Below, piece after piece: positions 24,498 through 33,224 of a stretch of DNA of 64,000 nt. The stretch is from NCBI GenBank assembly GCA_963695095.1, contig CAVOFT010000001.1, positions 1,664,001 through 1,728,000 on the forward strand, in the 5' to 3' direction. Within the stretch, counting starts at the first letter, position 1. Each line of letters begins with the position of its first letter. This stretch comes from an uncultured bacterium. Lineage in GTDB: Bacteria > Krumholzibacteriota > Krumholzibacteriia > JACNKJ01. The notes under the pieces were generated by a model. It saw only the letters and a program-made list of their open reading frames with translations, did not search any database and was not told the DNA's origin. Position numbers and translations under genes: made by a program.

Positions 24498-24617
24498 GGT
24501 ACCTAACCAAGGCGCGGCGCGGTGGCCTGCAAGGTAAGGGCGAGGACCTGGCGGGCCCGGCGTTCTGTCAACGGCGTCTCTTGCGCCCTGCGCGATGCTT
24601 GATAGGCGGTGGGTAGT

Positions 24618-25821
24618 CGTAAGCTTCCCATGATCGCGGACCGCCTGTGAGTGGAGCTTTCTGGCATACTGACGAGCCAGGAGGTTCTGATGAAGCTGTC
24701 ACGATTCACCGAGTCACAGATCGTGGCGATCCTCGAGCAAGCGGATGCCGGCGTGAAGGTCCAGGAGCTCTGCCGCCAGCACGGGATCAGCGCCTCGACC
24801 TACTACCAGTGGAAGTCGAAGTACGGTGGCCTGGAGGCCTCGGAGCTGAAGCGGATCAAGGAGCTCGAGGCGGAGAACGCCGAGCTCAAGCGCATGTACG
24901 CCGACGCCAGCATGGAGCGAGACGCCTTGAAGAAGCTGCTCCAAAAAAAACTCCAGGGCCGCTAGATCGTCGAGAAGCCGTGAGGTATCTGGTGGCCGAG
25001 GAAGCGCTTTCGGTGCGGCGGGCCTGTACGCTGTCGGGCTTGTCGCGCTCGGCGTGGTACGACCCACCGCAGGATCGCCTGGTCCGGGATCGTGCAGTGA
25101 TCGAGGCCCTGCAGGCGGTGGTCGAGAAGCGCCCGCGCTGGGGCTTCTGGAAGGCCTTCGACCGGCTGCGCCTGGACGGCCAGCCCTGGAATCACAAGCG
25201 CGTGCATCGGGTCTACACGGAGCTGGGCTTGAACCACCGGCGCCGCACGAAGAAGCGGCTGCCCACACGAACCCAGCTGCCGCTTCTGGTGCCGGCCCAG
25301 ACCAATGTCGTCTGGTCGATCGATTTCATGCACGACAGTCTGTACGTCGGCCGCCGATTCAGAACGCTCAACGTGCTCGACGAGGGCGTGCGCGAGGTGC
25401 TCGACATCGAGATGGACACCTCGCTATCGGGCGAGCGCGTCGTGCGGGTCTTGGAGCGCTTGAAGACCTGGCGGGGCACGCCGGCGGCCATCCGCTGCGA
25501 TAACGGCCCCGAACTACTCTCGGCGGCTTTCGTGACCTGGTGCGAGGAGAACGCCGTCGAGATCCGCTACATCCAGCCCGGCAAGCCGAACCAGAACGCG
25601 TTCATCGAGCGCTTCAACCGGACCTACCGCGAGGAGGTGCTGAGCGCCTACCTGTTTGAGGATCTGGATCAGGTGAGGGAGATCACCTGGAACTGGATGC
25701 GGGAGTACAACGAGGAGCGGCCTCACGACGCCCTGGGCAAGGTGCCCCCGGCGGTCTACAGGGAGGCCCTGGAAGCTGGAAACTCCACTTTCAAACGGTC
25801 CGCTTGACGGGGAAGCTTACG
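24618..25821 (+). mobile_element. IS3-family (IS407-like) element, apparently intact, 1204 bp
   Basis: Terminal IRs CGTAAGCTTCCC / GGGAAGCTTACG, 3-bp AGT target duplication (24615-17, 25822-24), orfA/orfB layout. Confidence 0.92.
24690..25807 (+). CDS. IS3 transposase OrfAB; orfA 24690-24965, orfB in the -1 frame joined at an A8 slippery site (24943-24950)
   Basis: OrfA HTH (SRFTESQIV...CRQHGIS.STYYQWKSKYGG); OrfB WSIDF, CDNGPE, GKPNQNAFIERFN DDE core. Confidence 0.92.
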
Positions 25822-26986
25822 AGTGTCCAGGATCTTTCGCACATTCGCTGAGGGGCTTTCCTCGAGCTGGTCCTTCCATTCTCAGCTTGCCGTCTCGGTC
25901 GCAGTCTCTTCCTGATCGTGCAGCAGGTCCATGCTCAGGTAGCGGCGATAGCCCCACTTCGTCCCTGCGATGTGGCGGAGGCGAGCCGCCACCAGCATCA
26001 AGCGCCGACTCGCCGTCGGGAAAGCAGCCCACCACGCGCGTCCGTCGCCGGATCTCCCGCATGATCCGCTCCATGGGGTTGTTGGTGCGGATCCGACGCC
26101 AGTGTTCGCTGGGAAAGTCGTAGTAGGTCAGCGTCTCCTCGCCACCGCCGGCGACGAGCTCGGCCGCCTTCGCCAGTTTCATCGTCCGCAGCTTCTTAAC
26201 CACGGCCAGGAGCTTGGCTGTCGCCTCGCGGCGATCCTCCTGGGCGTGAATCGCCTTCAGCATCGCCGCCACTTGGCGCACCTTCCCCTTCGGCACCAGC
26301 GTGAAGACGTTGCGGTAGAAATGCACGATGCAGCGCTGCCAGGAGGCCTCGGGGTAGCACTCGCCGACGCTCTCGACCAGGCCCAGGCACTTGTCGCTGA
26401 TCACGAGCCGGACACCCCGGAGTCCACGCTGCTTCAGGTGCCGCAGGAAATCCAGCCAGCTCGCCTGGTCCTCCTTGCCGCCCTCGCACACGCCCAAGAT
26501 CCGGCGATAGCCGCTTTGGCTAACGCCGATGGCCACCAGCACGGCCACATTACGGACCTCACCGCCCCAGCTCCGTTTCACGTAGATGCCGTCCAGGTAG
26601 ACGTAGGGAAACTCGCCATCGATCGGCCGCTGGCGCCATTCCTCGATCTGCTTGTAGATCCGCTGGTTGAGCTTGCTCACTGTGCTTGGGCTGACGCGGC
26701 TGCCCCAGAGCGCTTCGGTGATGTCCTCGACCCGACGGACCGAGACGCCGGCCAGGTACATCTCCACCAGCGCTTCCTCGACCGAGCTTTCCCGCCGCCG
26801 GTAGCGCTCGATGATGGCTGTTTCGAAGGGTAGCTTGCGCAGCTTCGGAACCCGCAGCTCGACTTTGCCGGCCTTGGTCTCCAGCCCGCGCCGGTAGCTG
26901 CCGGCTCGGGTGTCCTGGCGATCCGGGCTGCGTTCGTAGCGTTTCGCGTTGCAGAGCGTGTCGGCCTCGGTGAATCGCGACAGCAT
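25817..26986 (-). pseudogene. IS256 transposase, N-terminus replaced by IS3 orfA residues, frameshift near 26000
   Basis: VPKLRK, EMYLAGVSVRRV, YVYLDG, WQRCIVHFYRN, IRTNNPMER; the normal C-terminus MLVAARLRHIAGTKWG is in another frame. Confidence 0.85.
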
Positions 26987-27142
26987 CAGCGGAAGCTCCT
27001 GGTGTCACCGGTCACTCAAAAGCGGCCACGGCGGGTCACTTCAAATGCGGCCACCCCGGGGGTGAGCGCGGTGATTATGCTCGATCCGGCGGTCGTCATC
27101 AAGCGCGACGACACGACGGGTGCTGACGACATCTGCGCTCTG

Positions 27143-27174
27143 CTGTCTCCCTGTCTCCCTGTCTCCCTGTCTCC
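27143..27174 (+). repeat. Tandem repeat (CTGTCTCC)x4
   Basis: Four exact 8-bp units between istB and the IS21 end. Confidence 0.9.
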
Positions 27175-27235
27175 CTGGCCGAGCGGCTCCTGGCCATCGT
27201 CTACTCCTTGGCGGCATCCTGCGCGGGCGTGGCCG

Positions 27236-27976
27236 TCACGCGTGGTCGACCTTTCGGCCGCGCAGCCGGTAGCTCTTGCCGTTCATCACGAGGATCTCGG
27301 CGTTCTCGAGGAAGCGATCGAGGATTGCCGTCGTCGCCGGCACGTCGCCGAGAAACACACCCCAGTCCTGGGTCGGTCGATTGGTCGTGATCAGCGTCGA
27401 GGCCCGCTCGTGCCGGCGGACAAAGACCTCCAGCAGATCCTCGGCCGCCGTCGGGCCGAGCTTGCGCATGCCAAAGTCCTCGATCACGAGCAGGTCCACG
27501 CGGGTGAGCTGCTCGACGAGATCGCGGCGCTGGCTCATCGCCTCGGCTTCGGCAAAGTCCTGCGCCAGGTCAAAGCTGCTGCGGATCAGCACGCGGTAAC
27601 CGGCGCGGATCGCGCCGACGCCGATGGCGACGGCGGCATGGCTCTTGCCGATGCCGGGCGAACCGATCAGTAGCACGCCCTGGTGCTGGGCGACAAAGCG
27701 ACCGGTTGCCAATTCGCACAGCCGCGCCCGCGGCAGCTTCGGGTTGTAGGTCCAATCGAAATCGGCGAATTCCTTGACCGCCACGATCCCCGCCTGCTTG
27801 AGGCGACGGGCAAACAGCCGATCAGCGCGGCGTGCGAGTTCGTCCTCGACCAGCAGCTCGAGGAAGTCGCGATGGGGCAGACTGGCGCCGGTGGCTTGCT
27901 GCAATCGGCCGGGTAGCGCTTCGGCCATGCCGGACAGGCGCAGATGGCGCAGGCGTGCGTCGAGCTGGATGCTCAC
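27236..27976 (-). CDS. istB: IS21 helper ATPase IstB
   Basis: FDWTYNP, GSPGIGKSH Walker A, LLVIEDFG, ITTNRP, AILDR, GKSYR; GTG overlaps the istA stop. Confidence 0.92.
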   Translation of the reverse strand: MSIQLDARLRHLRLSGMAEALPGRLQQATGASLPHRDFLELLVEDELARRADRLFARRLKQAGIVAVKEFADFDWTYNPKLPRARLCELATGRFVAQHQGVLLIGSPGIGKSHAAVAIGVGAIRAGYRVLIRSSFDLAQDFAEAEAMSQRRDLVEQLTRVDLLVIEDFGMRKLGPTAAEDLLEVFVRRHERASTLITTNRPTQDWGVFLGDVPATTAILDRFLENAEILVMNGKSYRLRGRKVDHA

Positions 27977-29436
27977 AGCAGATCCTCCAATCGGTACTGG
28001 GTCAGTGGGCGAATGCTCTCGTGCTCCTGGGTCAGGGCGCGCGCGGGCGCGGCCGGCGCCGCCTGCGCGGTCAGCCGCTGGAGGTCCTTGTAGCGAAAGA
28101 GCCGGTGGTCGAGTGCCTGGCTGGCGGCGTGCAGCAGTTGCTCGCGCGGATGGCGGCGAGTCAGGCCGAGGACGCCCTGGATCAGGCGGTAGGCGCGGAC
28201 GCCGCGCTCCTGGACGGCAGCCTCGGCCCACTGGTGCAGTGCCGGACCGATCCGCGCGCAACGGCCCAGCAGCTTCGCTTCGAAGGCACACTGGGTCGAG
28301 GTCAGCTCCAGCTGAGAGCTGCCTGGCCGCAGCGCGAATCGCCCAGGCGCCACGCGTGCATGGACGGCGACCAGCACGTCCTCGTGGAGCACGTGCGCCA
28401 GGTACCGATCCCAACGCACCCTCACCCGCGTTCCGGCAGGGACGCGCAGCGGCACCGGGTAGAAGGCACCCTTGACCTCGACGTGACCGTCGGCGTGGAC
28501 GCTGCGGGTGCCGCTCTCAAAAAACGGAAACGGCTCCGTGGCCGCTGGCTGCAGGGCCGCCTGGTCGGTCGCCAGAAAATGGGTCCACACCTGCTGGCGC
28601 GTCGTGCCGTGGATGCGTAGCCGGGCAACCGTCCGATTCCAGTGACGCAGAAACTGGTTCTGATCCTGCAGGCTCTCGAATCGACGGCCCTTGAGCGCGT
28701 TGTCCTTCACGTAGCCGCCGCTGCGCTCCTGCTTGCCGTTCTCCTGCGGCGTCCGCGGTCGGATCGGCAACGGCGTGAAGCCCCAGTGCCGCGCGAAGGC
28801 GGCGTAGCCGTCGTTCAGGTCAGGGTCGTAGAGGCTGGCCCGCGCCACGCCGGCCTTCAGGTTATCCAGCCGCACGATCCGGGGCACACCGCCAAGATCC
28901 TGAAAGGCGTTCTCGTGCAGGCGCAGAAACGTCTCGAGCGTCTGGTCCCAAGCCGCCTCCTCGTAGCCATGGCGGCTGTGACACAGGGTCAGGCGAAAGA
29001 CCCACGGCCGTTCCCACTGGCCGGTCTCCACGCGCAGGGTCGGCGCGCCCCCGGAAGAAGTCGACCTGCGCTTCTTCGCCCGGGTCGCTGTGGTAAACAC
29101 CGACGGCCCGGCGCGGCCGTTCCAGATGCCGCGCAAAGCGCTTCACCGACTCATAGCTGCCGCTGTAGCCGCACTCCTCGACAAGATCCTGCCAGATCCG
29201 CTGCAGGCTCAGACCGCCGTCGAGCGCGGCGGCAGCGAGGCGCCGGGAAACACGTTGGCCGCATTTGAAGCCGAGCCGGGGAACACTTTGGCCGCATTTG
29301 ACTGCCGTAGCCGGTCGTAGCGCGACACCGTCTCCCGCCGCACGCCGGTCTCGGCCTCGATGCGGCGGTAGCTCCAGCCAAGCTCCAGTAGGGCGGTAAT
29401 GTGTTGGCGTTGCTTCATCTTCAGGTAGTTCGCCAT
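27973..29436 (-). pseudogene. istA: IS21 transposase IstA, split over three frames
   Basis: HTH (GWSYRRIEAETGVRRETV), PGEEAQVDF, RLDNLKAGV, RPRTPQENGKQE; frame breaks near 29240 and 29050. Confidence 0.85.
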
Positions 29437-29633
29437 GCGCATCCTCCGGGTTGCTACCCGGAGAATGCACCGTCAAGCGCCTACCCGAAGTGGCCGCTTT
29501 TCAGGTGTTCCGTCGTGGCCGGTTTTGGGTGTTCGGTGACAGCTCCTGGCTCATAGGTATGCCAGAAAGCTCCACTCAGAGCTGACCCGCGATCAGGGGA
29601 AACTTACGGAAGCTTACGAAAGCCTACGGTAGG

Positions 29634-30641
29634 CTAGGAGATGAGAGCCGTACTGTCCGCCGCGCCTTGTACCTTGACCAAGCTACGCCCCGTGTGATCG
29701 ATGATGGTGCGCAGGATGCTATCGAGGTTCATCGTCGGCCGATAGCCGATGGCCGCGTTGATCTTCTTGAGTGAAGGCTGGCGGTGCATCATGTCCTCGT
29801 AGTTGGCGCTGTAGGCCTTCTCGTAGGGGATGTACTCAATGCGCGAGCGGCTACCCGTCATCAGCTTGACCTTCTGTGCCAGCCCCTCGATCGTCACCCG
29901 CTCGTCATTGCCGACGTTGAAGACCTCACCCTCGGCCGCGTCGGCTTCGCTCAGGTCGACCAACGCTTTCACGACATCGCCGACGTAGGTGAAGCTGCGG
30001 CTCTGCTTGCCATTGCCGTAAACGGTGATCGGCTCGCCCAACAGCGCCTGTCTGATGAAGCGGGGGATGACCATGCCATAGCGGCCGGTCTGCCTGGGGC
30101 CGACCGTGTTGAAGAGGCGCGTGATGACCACCGGCAGACGGGTCTCCTGGCGATAGGCGAAAGCCATGAACTCGTCGAGGGCCTTCGAGTAGGCATAGCT
30201 CCAGCGGCCGATCGTCGTTGGTCCGTAGCTGCAATCATCATCTTCGGTGAAGGGCAGCTTGCTGTTCTTGCCGTAGACTTCGCTGGTGGATGTGATGACG
30301 ACCTTGCGGCCATGTCGACTCGCAAGGCGGAGGACGACTTCGGTGCCCTGGATATTGGTTTCGATCGTGGAAACCGGCTTCTCGATGATCAGCTTTACAC
30401 CGACCGCCGCGGCCAGGTGGAAGATGACATCGGCTTCCTGGACGAGCCGCTCCATGAGGAACGGATTCAGGATGCTATCGACGCTCAAGGTGAACCGGGG
30501 ATGGTCGGCGAGGTGGGCGACGTTCTCGAGGCGCCCTGTGGATAGATTATCAATTGCGTGGATACGATTCCCCTGATCCAGCAAGTACTCACACAAATGT
30601 GAACCGATGAAGCCCGCGCCACCGGTGACCAGGTACTTCAC
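29634..30641 (-). CDS. NAD-dependent nucleotide-sugar epimerase/dehydratase (UDP-glucuronate decarboxylase-like SDR)
   Basis: VTGGAGFIGSH, HLAAAVGV, STSEVYG, YAYSK, RLFNTVGPRQ. Confidence 0.92.
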   Translation of the reverse strand: MKYLVTGGAGFIGSHLCEYLLDQGNRIHAIDNLSTGRLENVAHLADHPRFTLSVDSILNPFLMERLVQEADVIFHLAAAVGVKLIIEKPVSTIETNIQGTEVVLRLASRHGRKVVITSTSEVYGKNSKLPFTEDDDCSYGPTTIGRWSYAYSKALDEFMAFAYRQETRLPVVITRLFNTVGPRQTGRYGMVIPRFIRQALLGEPITVYGNGKQSRSFTYVGDVVKALVDLSEADAAEGEVFNVGNDERVTIEGLAQKVKLMTGSRSRIEYIPYEKAYSANYEDMMHRQPSLKKINAAIGYRPTMNLDSILRTIIDHTGRSLVKVQGAADSTALIS

Positions 30642-30998
30642 CTACGCCTCCATTTCACGATGCTGCATCCGCCCGAGTGCGATCGGGGACGGTCTCGACG
30701 CGCAGGGCGGACTCCCACCCACGGAGGGCGACCCGCCGAAAAGGACGGGCAAAAGTCCCATAGCCCCCAAAACCCGTCAAGCGCTAAGTTCGCCGCCCAT
30801 GGCAGGGATTTCCCTATCAGGGCATGGTTTGCCGCCAGCCAGGCGCTGCCACCGCGATCGGGGCTTCCCAGCGCGCGACCTAGATTGGCAAAGCAAGGTC
30901 TTTGCCAAGGGACCTGTTGATTCCGTTGCGAAGCGCTCAGGTGCCGAGGCGACTTCAACGTGCGCAGTGGAGCGCGCGGGGCCTCCGAGGCAATGGTG

Positions 30999-31027
30999 TT
31001 GACACTCGAAAGATGGCGAAGTAGGGT
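30999..31027 (+). promoter_or_regulatory. Putative sigma70 promoter
   Basis: TTGACA-17 bp-TAGGGT upstream of the Wzz-like gene. Confidence 0.45.
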
Positions 31028-31074
31028 GCCATCGTTGATGGAAGCAAAGTAAACGTATCTGGCCGGCGGGACCA

Positions 31075-32283
31075 ATGCAAGCTTCTTTCTCAGTCGGAGC
31101 CTTGCTGGGCGTGCTCGTGTGTCGGCGGCGCTTGATCGTCCTTGGCACTGTTGCCGTTGCGCTGGTCGCGATCGTCACTTCCCTCTTCTTCCTCCCCCGC
31201 AAGTATGCCGCTGGCGCCAGTCTGCTGCCGGACGCCGGCCCTTCCCCGGCATCGACACTGAGCTCTCTGTTGGGTCAGTCAGGGCTACCTCTTGGTCTGG
31301 CCGCTCTGGGCGGTAGCGGTGGCTCTGCGGAACTGCACCGGGAGATCCTGAGCAGCTACAGCGTCTGTCGGCGGGTTGTGGATGGGCTCGCGCTCTACCC
31401 GGACTACGGCCTCGGCGAGGCACAGCTCGCACATCCTCAAGCGGCCGAACAGGAGGCTGTCGCTCGCCTGCGCAGCGACCTCGTCGTTGACATCGACCAG
31501 GTCAGCGGCGTCCTCCGCTTCACAGTGACCGCACCCTCACCCGGGCTGGCGAAGGCCATCGCCGACCGGCTGGTCGCTGAACTGGACAGCTTCAACTTGA
31601 GGGTCCAGCGCGAGAGCGGCCAGCGCAAGATGAGCTTCCTCAGCGAACGCATGGCGGCTGCCGAACGGGAACTCGAGAGCGCTCGCCGCGCCCTGACCGA
31701 TTTCTCCACCTCCGAGGGGGTGGTGCACCTGCCCGCAGAACTCGAGGCCGAACTAGCGCTCGTCGGTGAGTTGAATCGGCAGCTCATCTTCAAGGAACTG
31801 GAGCGGGCGGCGCTGGGCCAGGACGCGCTGGCGGGCGCGCCGGCCCTCCGGGCGGTGACGTCAGAGATCGCCGCGCTGCGCGCCCAACTCGCCGCGCTCG
31901 AGCAGGGCAGCGAGGACCCCCCGCGCGGGCTCAAGCCCTTGCGCGAGCTGCCGGCGCTCGCCCTGCGCTACTTTGAGCTGCGCCGGGAGCTGGGTATCCA
32001 AGAGGAGATCAGCGCCCTGCTCGTGCAGCAGTATGAGCAGTCTCGCTTGCAGGCCGCCAGCACGGTGTCCACGCTACGCATCCTCGACTCGCCGCAAGAG
32101 CCGACCTTGCCGGTGTGGCCGCGAAAGAAGCTGGTGGTGGCAGCTGCCACGCTGCTTGCGTTCCTGGCTTTCAGCGCCCTCGCGCTCTGGCTGGAATTCG
32201 TCGAGCGCGTTCGCCAAAATGCCGAGGGACGCTGGGAGAACTGGCAGTGGCTGCCGGGAAGAGCCCGCAGCCCGCGCGCCTGA
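31075..32283 (+). CDS. Polysaccharide co-polymerase / chain-length determinant (Wzz/GumC-like)
   Basis: Two TM segments flanking a coiled coil; LRILDSPQEPTLPVWPRKK proline motif before TM2. Confidence 0.85.
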   Translation: MQASFSVGALLGVLVCRRRLIVLGTVAVALVAIVTSLFFLPRKYAAGASLLPDAGPSPASTLSSLLGQSGLPLGLAALGGSGGSAELHREILSSYSVCRRVVDGLALYPDYGLGEAQLAHPQAAEQEAVARLRSDLVVDIDQVSGVLRFTVTAPSPGLAKAIADRLVAELDSFNLRVQRESGQRKMSFLSERMAAAERELESARRALTDFSTSEGVVHLPAELEAELALVGELNRQLIFKELERAALGQDALAGAPALRAVTSEIAALRAQLAALEQGSEDPPRGLKPLRELPALALRYFELRRELGIQEEISALLVQQYEQSRLQAASTVSTLRILDSPQEPTLPVWPRKKLVVAAATLLAFLAFSALALWLEFVERVRQNAEGRWENWQWLPGRARSPRA

Positions 32284-32301
32284 TTCACGCAGGAGGTCGA
32301 C

Positions 32302-33054
32302 ATGGACATCGCTTCGACGGCCTCACCGGCCCCATCCAGCCATCGCGCCTTCAGCGCCCCGCTGCGCATCTTCTCGGCGCCGGCCAGTGTCATGGCCGAT
32401 GTCAAGGCGGGTCTGCCCTGGTGGCCGGGGCTGCTCATGCTGGCCCTGCTCGCCTTCCTGTTCGCGCCGACTGGATTGGCAATGTATACCGTGCAGAAGG
32501 AGCTGATGACCCTCGATGTCGCGGCCGGCAAGATGCAGGGAATGGCCTTGGACGAACTCGGCCACCTGCCGCCACCGCTGCGATGGACCCTCATCGGCGG
32601 ACTCGTCGGGGCGCCCCTGATCGGCCTGCCCCTGATCCTGCTGGCGAGCAGCTTCTTCTACTGGCTCGCGCTGACGATCACCTTCGGTGGCGCCCCGTAT
32701 CGACGCCTCTTCGCCCTGTCGGTCTACACCAGCTTCATCGGGATGGCCTTCCAGGTCATCAACACGCTCTACCTCCGCTTCGCGGGGCTCGAGCTGACCA
32801 CGCTCAAGGACATCCAGCACAGCTCGCTCAAGCTCAGTCTGGGCGCGCTCGTCAACAGCGAGGGCTTCCTCGCCAATCTTCTGGACTATCTAGGCGTTTT
32901 TCAGCTCTGGGAGTTGTGGATCTTCGTCGGCGGCGTGGCCGCCCTCCTCGAGCGCAAGCGCAGCGCCGTGGCCGTCCCCATCGTCGTCTTGTTCGCGCTG
33001 GGCATGACCCTGCTCGCCTTCCTGGCCACGCTGAGTGCGCGCTTCGGCGGCTGA
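32302..33054 (+). CDS. Yip1-family membrane protein
   Basis: IFSAPASVM...WWPGLL start and about five hydrophobic segments. Confidence 0.7.
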   Translation: MDIASTASPAPSSHRAFSAPLRIFSAPASVMADVKAGLPWWPGLLMLALLAFLFAPTGLAMYTVQKELMTLDVAAGKMQGMALDELGHLPPPLRWTLIGGLVGAPLIGLPLILLASSFFYWLALTITFGGAPYRRLFALSVYTSFIGMAFQVINTLYLRFAGLELTTLKDIQHSSLKLSLGALVNSEGFLANLLDYLGVFQLWELWIFVGGVAALLERKRSAVAVPIVVLFALGMTLLAFLATLSARFGG

Positions 33055-33105
33055 GCCGGCGAAGGGGCGGGTAGTCCAGGGCAAGCGGCTAGCCGCAGGC
33101 CTCTG

Positions 33106-33134
33106 TTGACAGCGAGCGGGCAAGCTGCTAGCTT
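33106..33134 (+). promoter_or_regulatory. sigma70-type promoter
   Basis: TTGACA-17 bp-TAGCTT with extended -10 TG. Confidence 0.6.
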
Positions 33135-33224
33135 GGCTAGGTTGTTTTCCCGCAACCGTTTGAACCCCGACATTCAGGATTTTCCCACCCATGGTGGGCA
33201 CTCCTGCGGCAGGAGGGCGGATTG

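Larger units (their letters stand above)
24612..26965 (-). mobile_element. IS256-family element remnant (right end split by IS3; left end missing)
   Basis: Removing the IS3 and one AGT copy restores GGTAGTGTCCAGGATCTTTCGCAC, an IS256-type terminal IR, downstream of the transposase. Confidence 0.8.
27003..29541 (-). mobile_element. IS21-family element, 2539 bp
   Basis: TGTCACCG...CGGTGACA ends, repeated subterminal CGGCCAC boxes, 8-bp target duplication GCTCCTGG (26995-27002, 29542-29549), istA-istB. Confidence 0.93.
26966..29608 (-). mobile_element. Second IS3-family left-end remnant, interrupted by IS21
   Basis: The reverse complement of 29542-29608 plus 26966-27002 aligns with 24618-24713 (IRL, GAGTGGAGCTTTCTGGCATAC, SD, LSRFTE codons). 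Confidence 0.85.

Noticed and set aside
27003..29541. Short repeats in IS21 as a possible CRISPR array
   Set aside because: No regular repeat-spacer periodicity and no cas genes; explained as IS end boxes and a microsatellite
31309..31320. GGCGGTAGC resembling an ops element near polysaccharide genes
   Set aside because: Lies inside the Wzz-like CDS, encoding a GGSGG linker, not in a leader
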